Assembly (NCBI GenBank): GCA_951406725.2
Contig: OX597815.1
Span: 45,880,001 to 45,944,000, forward strand
Reading direction: 5' to 3'
Length of the DNA: 64,000 nt
Source of the DNA: Octopus vulgaris
Lineage: Eukaryota
Shown here: piece by piece, positions 12,799 through 25,557 of the stretch
Layout: each line of letters starts with the position of its first letter
Numbering within the stretch: position 1 is the stretch's first letter
Notes under the pieces: model-generated
What the model saw: only the letters and a program-made list of their open reading frames with translations
Told to the model about the DNA's origin: nothing
The model's database searches: none
Made by a program: the position numbers and the translations under genes

Positions 12799-13379
12799 AA
12801 GGCGGCGAGCTGGCAGAAACGTTAGCACGCCGGGCGAAATGCTGAACGGTATTTTGTCTGCCGTTACGTTCTGGGTTCAAATTCCGCCGAGGTCGACTTT
12901 GCCTTTCATCCTTTCGGGGTCGATAAATTAAGTACCAGTTATGCACTGGGGTCGATATAATCGACTTAATCCGTTTGTCTGTCCTTGTTTGTCTCCTGTG
13001 TGTTTAGCCCTTTGTGGGTAGTAAAGAAATAAAGTAAAGTATTTCGTCTGCCGCTACTTTCTGAGTTCAAATTCCGCCGAGGTCGACTTTGCCTTTCATC
13101 CTTTCGGGGTCGATTAAATAAGTACCAGTTACGCACTGGGGTCGATATAATCGACTTAATCCCTTTGTCTGTCCTTGTTTGTCCTCTCTGTGTTTAGCCC
13201 CTTGTGGGTAGTAAAGAAATAGGTATTTCGTTTGTCTTCTGAATTCAAATTTCGCCGAGGTCGACTTTGCCTTTCATCATTTCGGGGTCGATGAATTAAG
13301 TACCAGTGACACACTAGGGTCAATGTAATGAACTCATCCTCTCTCCCAAAGTAGTTGCCCTTGTGGCAAAATTTGAAGC

Positions 13380-13380
<1 letters not shown>
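12799..13380 (+). mobile_element. SINE family B with a tandemly triplicated body
   Basis: Head aggcggcgagctggcagaaacg, then three units gtatttcgtc..gagttcaaattccgccgaggtcgactttgcctttcatcctttcggggtcgat. The central motif resembles the Deu/Nin SINE domain. Confidence 0.85.
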
Positions 13381-13414
<34 letters not shown>

Positions 13415-13416
<2 letters not shown>

Positions 13417-13640
13417 GAGTGAGAGAGCAGTGCATGCCAACAAAGTAACGCTGGGATACAAATATACGCAGCCCAATATACATATCATGACTACCCATCT
13501 GATTAGAGTACAGCAAGTACATGCACCACAAAAGTGCGTAGGATGGTGACTTCATATCAAGATAAACAGCGCATGACTTTGCAGATGAATTTTCTTCAGG
13601 TCCAGTAGCCTATCTCACTCAAAAAGCTCGTGAATGATGG
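13415..13640 (-). mobile_element. Partial copy of (TAA)-associated non-coding element, family C
   Basis: gagtgagagagcagtgcatgcc... matches 24943 onward and abuts (TTA)n. Confidence 0.7.
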
Positions 13641-14160
13641 TTGGTTAAAGCTGGAGTAAAGCCACTCCTCCGGTTGGTTAAAGCTGAAGTAAAGCTGCTG
13701 CTGCTGCTGCTGCTCCTCCCCCTCCTCCTCCTCCTCCTCATCATCATCATCATCATTTGTGTTATCATAAGCAGAGATTATATTTAAAACAGCATAGTAT
13801 TGTGAACGGACCAAATGAAAGAAATTTCGATGCTGTAGAAGATTAAAAGACCAAGATTAAATAGCTAGAAATAGAAAAAGATAGGTTTCTGGTGTCTATG
13901 AATTTCGTATTGGTTACTAAAACTAGCAGTAGCAGCTACAACTCCAAGTTACCTCAATTACTACTACTACTACTACTACTACTAAATCACGGTGATGGTT
14001 GCCGCTGCCGCTGCTCCCCTCGTTAACAATGAGGCAGCCTCTACATCAGGAATCCTCACACTTTTTCAAATACCACCCTTTTTCTTTTAATAATACATTT
14101 TCAACGTCCATCTTACTACGAGTCAACTCCTCTCTTTAAAACGTACATACAAAACGCGTA

Positions 14161-15095
14161 AGTAAATTGTCCTAAAAATAATGAAATTAAAAATTGCAAT
14201 AATAACCGGAAGTAACGACAGTGACATCCTATAATTTTCTGTAAACAATGTATGTGACATAACCAATTTATAGAACGTGCATAATTTCTGTTGTGTCTGG
14301 GGAGAGTCAATCTCTTTTAGTACCTTATTATTTAACACACTCACCGGTAAAATTTCCAATTATTTCGTCTTTTTATTTTCCTAAAATTTTCGTTGCGTCT
14401 TGCAACCTTTTCAATAGTCTCTCAACCTTTTCAATAGTCTTGAGTCAAGACTATTGAGAAGGTTGCAAGACGCAACGAAAATTTTAGGAAAATAAAAAGA
14501 CGAAATAAGTGGAAATTTTACCGGTGAGTGTGTTAAATAATAAAGTACTAAAAGAGAATGACTCTCCCCAGACACAACAGAATATGCTTCAACACACGAA
14601 CTCATATAAAGAATCTTGCAAACCAAATCCAAAAACGTTCATAATTTCGTTCTGCGGAAAGTCTCTTACCCACATGTACATTAGTTGAATTACTCTTGAC
14701 AGAGTCAAAAGGATATTTTTTCAAGAAAGGAATTGGCTCGTATAATCCGAGTGAATCACCAGGAACAACGCTACCGATTCCTGTCAATTCTCTCTCTCTA
14801 TAGTTTATTAATCGTGCAGGATTATTGCATTGCTCATATATAACTGTGCTGGCTATTATGCATCGACATGCGAGGCAATAAATTGCCTGTTCAGTAGTAT
14901 TCGTTACTGGGTATAGTATGTTGGAACAGTGTACCTCAACTGCTATTTCTGAAATACTTAACACATCAATAAAATGTATTCTGTAAATAGCATAATGAGG
15001 GAGTTCTTTTTGTTCTTTCCATGAAATTTCATGTTATTATCGTCATTTCCGGTTTCTATCGCAATTTACCTTAATTTTATTTAGGAGTATTTACT
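14161..15095. mobile_element. Unclassified TIR element containing a ~310 bp internal palindrome
   Basis: Imperfect ~65-bp inverted ends at 14161-14227 and 15031-15095. Near-perfect palindrome at 14279-14588 centred on TGAGTCA (14441-14447). Confidence 0.65.
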
Positions 15096-15275
15096 GTCAC
15101 TTTTTTACGACCGTAAATCGCATATGAACCTACACGTAATATCAAACTAGAGTAATTTGTTCCGGTACTAGTTTGATGCGAATGACTACGTACCAAAGCA
15201 CCAACGTGCTATAAGGGAATATTTGACGCATTACTGCATAGTTATTAACCCAACCTTTAGCAAAAAGTTTTCAAT

Positions 15276-15667
15276 AGGCGTAGGAGTGGCTGTTTGGTAA
15301 GTTGCTTGCTTACCAACCACATGGTTCCGGGTTCAGTCTCACTGCGTGGCGCTTTGGGCAAATGTCTTCAACTATAGCCTCGGGCCAACCAAAGCCTTGT
15401 GAGTGATTTTGGTAGACGGAAACTGAAAGAAGCCCGTCGTATATATGTATATATATGTGTGTGTGTGTGTGTGTTTGTGTGTCTGTGTTTGCCCCCCCCA
15501 CATCGCTTGACAACCGATGCTGGTGTGTTTACGTCTCCGTAACTCAAAAGAGACCGAAAGAATAAGTACTAGGCTTTCAAAGAATAAGTCCTGGGGTCGA
15601 TTTGCTCGACTAAAGGCGATGCTCCAGCATGGCTACAGTCAAATGACTGAAACAAGTAAAAGAGTAA
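15276..15667 (+). mobile_element. SINE family A, full length
   Basis: aggcgtaggagtggctgtttggtaag head, box B-like GGGTTCAGTC, gtaaaaga tail. Confidence 0.85.
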
Positions 15668-16010
15668 TTACTGCCCCTTTACTTTTACTAACACTATTTC
15701 AACACCCTCCCCAACCATTTTAATGTATATACATGTAATATCAAGCCATAAAACTTTAGTTCTGGACACTTTCTTAAAACGGGTGTCTAATTACCTTAGC
15801 TCCAATTTGTTATAAACGAATATTTGACTCATTATCACTTAGTTATTGGACCTAACCATTGCCTAAACTTAAGCACGTAGTTTTAGTGTTTCATATATAG
15901 CTCATCGCTGCCAGTTGATATCGTTATATTCCGATATATAATTGCCGTTGTTATTGTTATTGTCGTTGGTGTGATTCTGGTTAACAAGCAGTTTATCATA
16001 TCATTGATCC

Positions 16011-16220
16011 TTTGTTTGTTTCAGTTATTGAACGGTGCATCCTTGAAAGGTTTTAGTTGAACGAATTGATCCCATTACTTACTTTTTAAAATCTGGTACT
16101 TATTCTATCAGTCTCTTTTCGAAGAATCGTTAACTTACGGGGACGTAAACAAACCACCACCTATTGTCAAGCAGTGGTGGGGAACAAGCACGAACACAAA
16201 GACACACACACACACACACG
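16011..16220 (-). mobile_element. SINE family A, 3' half (diverged)
   Basis: Reverse-complement match to the family A 3' part. Confidence 0.65.
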
Positions 16221-16279
16221 CATGTGTATATATACTTATACACACATCCCTCTCTCTTTATCCTCCTCTCTCTCTCTCC

Positions 16280-16326
<47 letters not shown>

Positions 16327-17789
16327 AATATAATCTGAGTAATAACTTTATAGCGTGTTTTCCAAAGCTCCTCTATGGATATCGGCTACCATACGCTTTC
16401 ATACATCAGGAATTCTTCTTTTACTGGATATACATGTGGAAATCCGTTAATATCCTCAGAATTCATACAAAAGAATTTTAGTACAAGAAGCTGAAGTAAA
16501 CAGGTTTTAATCCAAATCACTACAATAAGCTGGTAATTGCTGAGCGTTTCTCATATTGTACACATTATTACATTAATATTATCCAATAATAGCTGTGTAC
16601 CTCCACGTCTTCAGGTGAGTGTGACTGAAAGCAGAGCTGTATAGCGTGCTTGTTAACCACAAGATCATGTTTCCAAGACAAAAGCAAACTTATTTCTACA
16701 GCTGACTAAATGCTCATGAGGGGTGCAGATAACAAATAAAATATTTAAAATGAATTATGAAAAATAAATACAGTTTATCCGGTTTTCTTTCTAAACCATT
16801 ACTGAATGCCGTTGGCATATTGGAGTGATCTCATCACCTGATGCTCTCTGAACAAGAACAGAGATAACATCAATATCAACACAATAAAACATGGCGCTAT
16901 TTCACCTGTTAATTAAGGGGGCGGGGAAGTCACTTGGAGACTACTATTATAACACATGCTTTTCAAGTATTAAGGCTGTGAAGCATTAGAAATATGGATG
17001 CCAACACAGAAGGATAATTATTAGACCAAGTTATAGAGACAGAATACAGATAAACGATAAACGGATAGGAAACTGAAATAACGTGGCTGTATTTCGTCGG
17101 GCTGTATTTTACTATCGACTCCACAAAGGAGGAGTTTGTAGCAAAGTCATTTGTCGACTAACCCACTCACTGTACAAACATCTACGACTTGAGCTTCTAA
17201 TGTTGAGTTCAGTTCCTGTTGTTGGTTTGAGAAAGAAATTTCAGAAGTTATAAACAGCAGCAGCAGGCTTGAGTTTTGCCTTTTCAATTGTTGACAGTTA
17301 GGTAAATAACGTTAAACTATTTACTCACACCCACCCAACACAGATGGATTCTACTTATTTTGTATCTTACTTCAGTATTCCTCAACCTTGAAATTTAATC
17401 GGACACAATTTCTTTCTGTGTTTCATTTGTCAGTCTGAATTTCACTCTAAAACATTTAACTGAGTTCATGTAATCATTTCGCCAGCTATTATCAGCTACA
17501 TTTCTTAGTAAAGGAGAAATATATAGCAAAAGACAGCAATATTAGCATGCGTGAAAGAAGGCGTTTGTTTTCCTCACCATTCGCTAAATGCATATATTTA
17601 TTCATTTCAAGGGATGCGAAATCTATTTAAATCTTTTCTACCACCGTTAATAAAACACACAGTCTCTGATGCTATCAAATTCTCCGGCCCAACAAGCAGC
17701 CTGAGGGAGACTGAGGTCTTGCACAATCCAGCACCTGCTCACCCCAAACCGGATCCTATTGCTACGTAGACAAATTTCTGTGCCAAAAT

Positions 17790-18500
17790 TCTGCTGCTTG
17801 TGAATCATCCTGTCAAACAATATCCAACAGGATGGAGAGATCACTTAGCGATTGTCTAAGGCAAGTTCAGCTTTCAGTCGATTCCTGTACAGACTGTGGA
17901 GAGATCATGGAATCTATTTGGCCATAAAAATAAAAATGTATGAAGAAGTAGTGTTTAATTCTCTTCTATATGGCTTTGAGGCAGGAACATTCTACATGCG
18001 CCACATTAAATGGCTTGACTCTTTCCATTTCCGCTATCTTCGTCCAATTTGCTGCGTCAATTGGTAGGACAAAGTCCCCAACATAGAGATTTTTGCAAAA
18101 TGTGACATTCTAGGTACAGAGAATTTCTTTACCAAAGTGCATCTGAGGTGGTTTGGCCATGTGGATCGAATAGAAGACTCTCACCTAAAAGCCACACTCT
18201 ATGATCAGCTTTGCTCTGTGCTAGGTACCAAGACTACCCGCTGCTTTGATATGACATTATAATGACCTGCATGATGAACCTGAAGACATGGAGATAAATA
18301 GCACTGATTAGAACTCAGTGCAGAAGCTGTCACTACTACGCCATCGCTGACTTTGAGGTACCCAGGATCAATACCCAGAAGGAGAACAAGAACCGGCTGC
18401 AGAGCCGAGCCCAGTCTACCCCTAAAATGATGGAGACCACAATAGCGCCCTTGCAAAGGCTCTGCAAATCCTGGATAGGTCAGAATTTCTACATGAAACG
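17790..18500 (+). pseudogene. RTE-clade LINE, post-RT C-terminal fragment
   Basis: LSKASSAFSRF..RLWRDHGI.LAIKIKMY..VV..SLLYG.EAGT.Y.RHIK.LDSFH.RYLR.IC.V.W*DKVPN.EI...HLRWFGHV.RIEDS is typical RTE/BovB-like; contains stops. Confidence 0.85.
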
Positions 18501-18589
18501 ACACGGCAAAACACACACACACACAAAAACACGCGCGTGCACACACACACACACACGCACGTGTGTGTGTATGTGCGCGTGTGTGTGTT

Positions 18590-18818
18590 AAGGCACATGG
18601 CTTAGTGGTTAGGGTGTTGCACTCACGATTGCGAGACCGTGGGTTCGATTCAGAGTTCGATTCAAAGTACTTCATTTCATGTTGTTCTGCGATCATTTCG
18701 TCATCTGACATGTGGCACATGAGCACCTGTACAGATAATGTCGATTTGATGTAGGGAGTGAACTTATGTGTACAGAGGCATTTGATCACTACAAACAAAT
18801 AATCTGTGTGGTTGCTCG
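18590..18818 (+). mobile_element. tRNA-derived SINE, family D
   Basis: Box A TGGCTTAGTGG, box B GGTTCGATTC, body shared with 200-410. Confidence 0.8.
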
Positions 18819-20333
18819 TGTGTGTTTGTTTGATACATTTCTGTGTGTATGTGTATTTATGATGTGTGTGCGTCTGTTTGTGCAAGTTTGTATGTATAGC
18901 GGAAGGAAATAGTACTGCTGACTTAAATAACGATCACTAGTCGTTCACCTAAAGTACATACACTTAATTGGAGTAATTTGTATGCGTCTCTGAAGACTGG
19001 AATCTTGCATGAATTTTTACTCATGATCCTCGGTGACATTCCCAAACACCACTCAGAACAATACTAAACAACTGGTTTATTTGCATTTTCATAGCACGTT
19101 TTTAAGTCCACATAAAATTTGCTTCGTCTATTTACATTTATCTTCTATCATTGTCTCTGGTAAGAAGAGAAAGTTAATTGAACCCTTATAAACGTCAGAG
19201 ATTCTTTTATAATATAATGACAATGTGAAACGCCTGAGTAATATGTAAAGGAAGGGATGCATTTTGATCGAGATGTCGATGTCTGATAATTGGTATGACT
19301 ACATAAGTAAGTAGAATTTCATAGGAATGCAAGTTTGATCGAAAAGAGTTTCTGTTGATGAATCAAAGCTCTTAATTTCAGAGATAAAACATTCAAGCGT
19401 CAACTTTTGCATTTATTTACTGTTTTACTTTTTACTTTTCAGTTCAAAAATTGAGGTATAATGCTTTCTATTAGAGGTACAAGGCCTGAGATTTTGTAGG
19501 GAGGGATTAGTCGATTACATTGACCCAAATGCTCCACTGGTACTTATTTTATCGATCTCGAAAGGATACATGGCAAAGTCGATCTCAACGACATTTGAAT
19601 TCAGAAGCATTTTGTCCAGTGCAATAATAACTCTGCCAGCTGGCAACCTTGGAATTAAAGAAAAATGACAACCAAATGAAAGAGATGGCTTCATGACTTG
19701 CAAATTCGTATCCTACTCAATACTGCGGCGATCATTTTATTTTTGAAACCATATTGATTTATATATTATTTTATTCTTGGCACCAAAAGAAGGTGGAAGG
19801 GAGAACTAGAATATTACTGGTACTTTATTTTATCGACATCTGAAGGATAATCGACATAGTCAAACTTGGTGAGACTTAAATTCAGAACAATGTCAGATGG
19901 CTGGCTGAATCAGTTGGGCATCAGACACAATAACCTACGGCATTTGGTTGCATCCTTTTATGTTCTGAGTTTAAATCCCTCCTACTTTCACTTTGCTTTT
20001 CATCTTGTAGATGTCAATGAAATAGATACCAATCAGTAATATAAGTATTGTGATCATAGTAATCGATAGTACTCTAATTAGACAGATGTGTTCCAATATA
20101 ACCACAATCCAATAACTGGAGCCAGTAAAAGATTGAAAGAAATATACTTTAATGAAACTATTCAGCAAAGGATCTTGTGCTGTATTGTCTCTGTCACCTC
20201 TTCCTCCCTAATATTGTTTGTTAATAAACGTTTCAATAATAAACATTTCGATAATGAGCGTTTTCATAATAAACATTCTTAAAATAATTTGTCAAGGTCT
20301 TTTTTTATTATTTTCTTTGTATTTACCAACACA

Positions 20334-20650
20334 GTGGAGGCGCAATGGCCCAGTGGTTAGGGCAGCGAACTCGCAGTCGGAGGATCGCGGTTTCGATTCC
20401 TAGACCGGGCGTTGTATGTGTTTATTGAGCGAAAACACCTAAAAGCTCCACGAGGCTACGTCAGGGGGTGGTGGCAACCCCTGTTGTACTCTTTCGCCAC
20501 AAATTTCTCTCACTCTCTCTTCCTGTTTCTTGAGTAACGCTGCGATGGACTGGCGTCCCGTTCAGGTGGTGGGGTATACATACGCCACAGAAACCGGGAA
20601 ACCAGGCCCATGAGCTTGGCTAGGCTTGGAAAGGGCGACGTTTTTATCGT
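20334..20650 (+). mobile_element. tRNA(Arg-like)-derived SINE, family E, with a Meta/V-SINE-like domain
   Basis: Box A TGGCCCAGTGG, actcgca loop, box B GTTTCGATTCC, and ctgcgatggactggcgtcccg..acagaaaccggg domain. TSD tatttacca(a/c)cac at 20320-20332 and 20651-20663. Confidence 0.85.
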
Positions 20651-21038
20651 TATTTACCACCACCATCGAAACTTTTATCAGTATACCAACATATTTTATT
20701 CTTGTTTCCTTGACACTAAAAGAATTGGTGTTGCGATTTCTGGGATCCATGTAATTACTAGAAATGTATAGCAACACTTATCCAAGTGTTCGCTGCTTAC
20801 ATGTTTGGAGGAGGTGTGATTTATTACAGACAGCATAAATATCACCAAATCAGGGGCAACAATTTTGTTGTAATCTTGGATCTTCTTGAAGACATCGAGC
20901 ATGAACTTTGTCACATAAAAGTTTAAGCAAACGTCTCTGTAGATAGAAGTAGATTGAACAGAATTTTGTTTTTGAAATTTCAAAAATAAAACACGCCCAA
21001 TCTCAAACCTCGGAAAATAAATCGTAATATATGCTTAC

Positions 21039-21216
21039 CCTTCCACACAATGAGCAGCAGTGATTATCCACAGTGGATGAACTAGAACTCCTCCACATCT
21101 GTGCCACGGTTGACCAGCTGATATTATTTGTAACGACACTTGCCAAGGCCATCGTCCTGGCATGCTAGGTTGACCACCGATGATATATGCGGTGTTTAAT
21201 ATCTCTCCACAGCGTT
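21039..21216 (-). CDS. Internal exon of an S1A (trypsin/chymotrypsin-like) serine protease: propeptide Cys, activation site and catalytic His motif
   Basis: Acceptor aatcaacAG and donor GTAAGC. The 178-bp exon (phase 1 to phase 2) translates [10 protein letters not shown]|[49 protein letters not shown] with no stop. Confidence 0.93.
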
Positions 21217-22275
21217 CTGTTGATTAACAATAGTAATAATAATAATAATGATAATAATAATATTAACAATAACAAAAAACAATAATAGTAATATAATGAT
21301 AATAAAAAATAACAACAATAATAACGCTTCCTGTATTAATTACATGGGTTAATTAAAAAGATAGAAGACGATAAAGAATGAAGCAGTATAGTGTGAAATT
21401 TCTCTATTGTTTGTCACACGGGTATCGAATAAAAGGAACGTTACTGAGATAAAGTGCCACAAAAATAGAATGGAGAGGAAGAAAAAAATGGAATGTGATG
21501 AGGTATGAATAGAATACCAATAAGTTATGATAATACGGTGATTTTTATACAAGAAGACGTCCAACTAGGGCCAGTGAAGGAATACCACAGATCCAGGATC
21601 ACCCTGACCACTAAAGACAAATACTTTTGCATAAATGTCACTCTGATCTTCTGGAGCATGCTGAGAGCAGGCACATATACTCCTACCAATCCTACTATTG
21701 TCATCATTGTAAATAAAACACTATCCTGGAGGAGAAGATCTCCTTCTTCGCCCTCATCTTCCTTTCCAATTGGAGTTTGAAAAAGTTGATGAGTGTTTGA
21801 CTGAAGAGCTAAGTGTCTATCTTCAGCTGAAAACAAACATGGAAAACAACATAAAAATATATAAATAACTATTTGTATCGAATATTTCCAAAAGCAAGAG
21901 GAACTATCATCCAAGAGAGAACTCCATTAAAAATCTGGATAGCTCTGACTATCCAACAAATGTGTTCTCTTTCACTGTTTAGTCCATGGTCAACGGTCTC
22001 ATATTAGCTATGCATGCTAAGCACTCTATGGATAAATTTCAACAGGTAAATTAAACCTTCAGTTTATGGCTGTCTCTGGCTGCCTCATCAATCTTACTTC
22101 GGTCTTTGGGTATATAAAAAAGAGGAATAAAAGAGTGGGTGGTACTGTCAAATTCTTAAATTTAGTTTTTCAAACTTTTATACCAGCAACGTATACTGTA
22201 ATTGTTTGGCATTTAAAGGGATCGCTAAAGCACAAATGAAGACATAATCATGCTCACACACATGCAATCATACAT

Positions 22276-22413
22276 GTATGTATGTATGTATGTATGTATG
22301 TATGTATGTATGTATGTATGTATGTATGAGTGTTAAACTCTGTCTGTATGTCCATCCATCCATCCATCCATCCATCCATCCATCCATCCATCCATCCATC
22401 CATCCATCCATCC

Positions 22414-22483
<70 letters not shown>

Positions 22484-22495
22484 ATATCTATCTAA
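22276..22495. repeat. Compound tetranucleotide microsatellite (TATG)n/(TCCA)n/(TCTA)n
   Basis: Directly visible. Confidence 0.95.
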
Positions 22496-22649
22496 ATTAA
22501 GCAAACCTTCGTCAATAATGATTGCGCGAATACGTTTGTAGACCAAGTTGCAGAACAATGAAAACACAAATTCAGATTCACAGAAATAAAATAAATACAT
22601 CTAGTAACATAGAAAAACAAACGATATATGTATTATGCTACTTGAAACA

Positions 22650-23260
22650 TGTATCAGGCACAAACGCAAAATGCTAAGATTTAGAATTACAGAGGAGTCA
22701 CGCTAAAAGTAAGTAATTTCTTAGGGGATACCACTAACTTACTTAAGTCGATACGATGTTTCTACAAAAAGATTATAATTACAAACATTATTAACAACTT
22801 GCTCAATTACAACCCGAAGAACTTCGAAATTTTTTTGAAAAGAAAGAAATGGAAAATACGGAATACTATAATAAGGAAGAAGTGGTTTTACTGAAGAAAT
22901 AAAATACTATCAAAATGCACTAACTTTCCAGTTAAATCACAGGTAAAGAAAAACAGTATAGTATAATTCCCCTTACAATAAAGAAGTCAAATTTCTCATC
23001 GTTAGGACATTTTAAAACGCCCTACTATAAAATATTTGAATAACATAAAAATATCCTAATCAACCACCTACAATTTTTCACAAGCGGTCGCATTGCCAAG
23101 CCAATGAAAACTAAATCTCAGAAAAATCATACAAAATATACCCCGTCGCAACTATACTAATAAAATATTATGCCCGTTACAAGGAAAATAAATACTTTGC
23201 TAAGTAATTTGTATTTGTGCAACAGCTAATGCTATCACACTAAAAATTCATAGATTCTTT
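22650..23260 (+). pseudogene. Heavily decayed Penelope-like element (RT thumb/linker to start of GIY-YIG)
   Basis: RKTV*YNSPYNKEVK at 22947 resembles PLE R.IIWFNPPY..NVK. CPLQGK at 23171 resembles the CPLxGxC linker motif. Confidence 0.55.
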
Positions 23261-23265
23261 CATAT

Positions 23266-23699
23266 TTACTCTTTTACTCTGTTTACTCTTTTTACTCTTT
23301 TTACTTGTTTCAGTCATTTGACTGCGGCCATGCTGGAGCACCGCCTTTAGTCGAGCAAATCGACCCCGGGACTTATTCTTTGTAAGCCCAGTACTTATTC
23401 TATCGGTCTCTTTTGCCGAACCGCTAAGTGACGGGGACGCAAACACACCAGCATCGGTTGTCAAGCAATGCTAGGGGAACAAACACAGACACACAAACAT
23501 ATTCACACACACTTATATATATATATACATATATACGACAGGCTTCTTTCAGTTTCCGTCTACCAAATCCACTCACAAGGCATTGGTCGGCCCGGGGCTA
23601 TAGCAGAAGACACTTGCCCAAGATGCCACGCAGTGGAACTGAACCCGGAACCATGTGGCTGGTTAGCAAGCTACTTACCAAACAGCCACTCCTGCGCCT
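23266..23699 (-). mobile_element. SINE family A, full length
   Basis: Reverse complement of the 37361 copy, with a (tttactct)n tail. Confidence 0.88.
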
Positions 23700-24942
23700 A
23701 TAGGATTTACTTCCAATTATTCTAAAAAAATGTTTACCAATGACATTCTATTAATAAGTTAGGTAGAAAAACTACTATACATATGATCATAAAATCTAAT
23801 ATCCCACAAAAAATATCCTGATAAATTCTATCACAAGAGAAACAATACGAATATAATGAATGAGATAGAAAAAGACATGCCAACGTTGTTCTACAGAATG
23901 TTATGAAATCACATTTTCCAAATGAATATTAATAAATAGATATTCTGAACGTTTTGCAGATACTGGGTGTATAGAAACTGAAATATCAACCTATTATTCT
24001 CACCAATAACTAATCTTCCTCCTACATAGTACAAGATAATCCTTTAGTCAGTTAATACTCGGGGGCTGTAGAATATCGCAATTTAGTCACGCATTGTCAA
24101 CCTGCATAAAAGTGCAATCCTATATTTTACGAGAACTCAAGGAAGATTCTTGAGATTCAAGGTGACTTGTTGCTATCTAACGTCAAGAAAACATCCCCGC
24201 AAAATAATATAACATGTAACAACTCCAGCAGCAGCAATAACAACATCAACAACAACATCCACAGTCAGTAACTGAGGGACCAAATCTTACCATCCTATGT
24301 GATTATGATAACCAGCCAGACATCGTCATCATTATTTCTTTTAACAAAACTGAAATTACATCATTAAAACGTATAAGGAAACAAAGTTATGATGCATGAA
24401 ATATTCGCCCCCCACTATTTTTTTACCTTAAATTCCTATATAATCGTAATGCAACTCATCTGAAAAATGTTTGTAGAAAACTTCTTCCTGAATATACTGA
24501 GGCAGTGAGTGCTATTAGACGAATAAAGAAAATAAAGGAAAATTGGACGTAACTTAGAAAAATTATACAAATTGGAATACAAATTTGTAAATAGCATTAA
24601 ATAACCAGCAGGAAACCTCCCGGAGAGCAGTATTTTTGCCACTCAAAGCAATAAACGTAGTGTGGGGCAAAAACTTACAGGTTGAGATAGGTAAAAAATG
24701 AAACACAGGTTCTACGAGTAGACAAGCGTCGTTGCTCAGAGGATTTCAAGTAGCTAGACGAAATGCTTAGGGTTATGTTAAGGTTAGCTGAGTTCAAATT
24801 GCACCGTGGTCTACTTTGCCTTTCATCCATTCGGGATTGATAAAATAAGTACTAGTTGATCACTGGGGTTGATGTAATCGACTCATTCCCTCCTCCAAAA
24901 TGGCTGTCCTTGTGGCAAAATTTGAAACCATTATTATTATTA

Positions 24943-25489
24943 TTGAGTGAGAGAGCAGTGCATGCCATCAAAGTGACACTGGGGTAAAATATACGAAGCC
25001 CAATATACCCATCATGACTATTCGTCTGATAAGGGTATACCAGGCACATGCATCACAACCATATGTGCGCGACATGGTGATCTCATATCAAGATAAACAG
25101 CACATGACCTTGCAGGTGGGGCCCAGTTAGAATTTTCTTCAGGTTGAGTAGCCCATCCCGCTCAAAAGGTCCCTGAATAAGGGTTGTTTAAGGATGTTGA
25201 AAGAACCACCCATGTTTCCAGAGGTGAATTATTCAAACCCCAAAGAATCCCTCTCAACACATGGCTATGATGCTCCCCCACTACTTCTGCTCGTGATCAG
25301 AGATGCACATTTCAGCAGCCACTAAGGGACATGCTCAACTGGTTAAGGTCAAACAACTGACAAGCAAATCTGTGGTATTGAGCAGAATATTTGCTGTAGC
25401 CCATCTTTTATACCAAGACAAAACAATGTAGCTGATGACATATCCAATCAGTTAAGATCAGAAGCCATGAGAGCCACTGCCTGGTACTG

Positions 25490-25492
<3 letters not shown>
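24943..25492 (-). mobile_element. ~550 bp non-coding element, family C, embedded in (TTA)n
   Basis: (TTA)n on both sides. Partial copies at 13415-13640 and, in the opposite orientation, ~53350-53515. No long ORF; strand is inferred. Confidence 0.7.

Positions 25493-25557
<65 letters not shown>

Noticed and set aside
14602-14964. 120-aa ORF inside the palindromic element
   Set aside because: No recognisable transposase or other motif; not called as CDS.
20334-20410. tRNA-Arg-like gene (also 52106, 18590, 50370)
   Set aside because: No proper acceptor stem; continues into a SINE body, with tail and TSD at 20334 and 52106.
21525-21914. 129-aa minus ORF with a good acceptor and a GQGDPGS string in another frame near the protease exon
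   Set aside because: No phase-1 donor of good quality; GDPGS is upstream of TAAHC, in a stop-bounded frame, and is not GDSGG.
22644-22658. GAAACATGTA hammerhead-like tail; also isolated CTGAnGA boxes at ~4232, ~943 and ~57087
   Set aside because: No partner box or stems.
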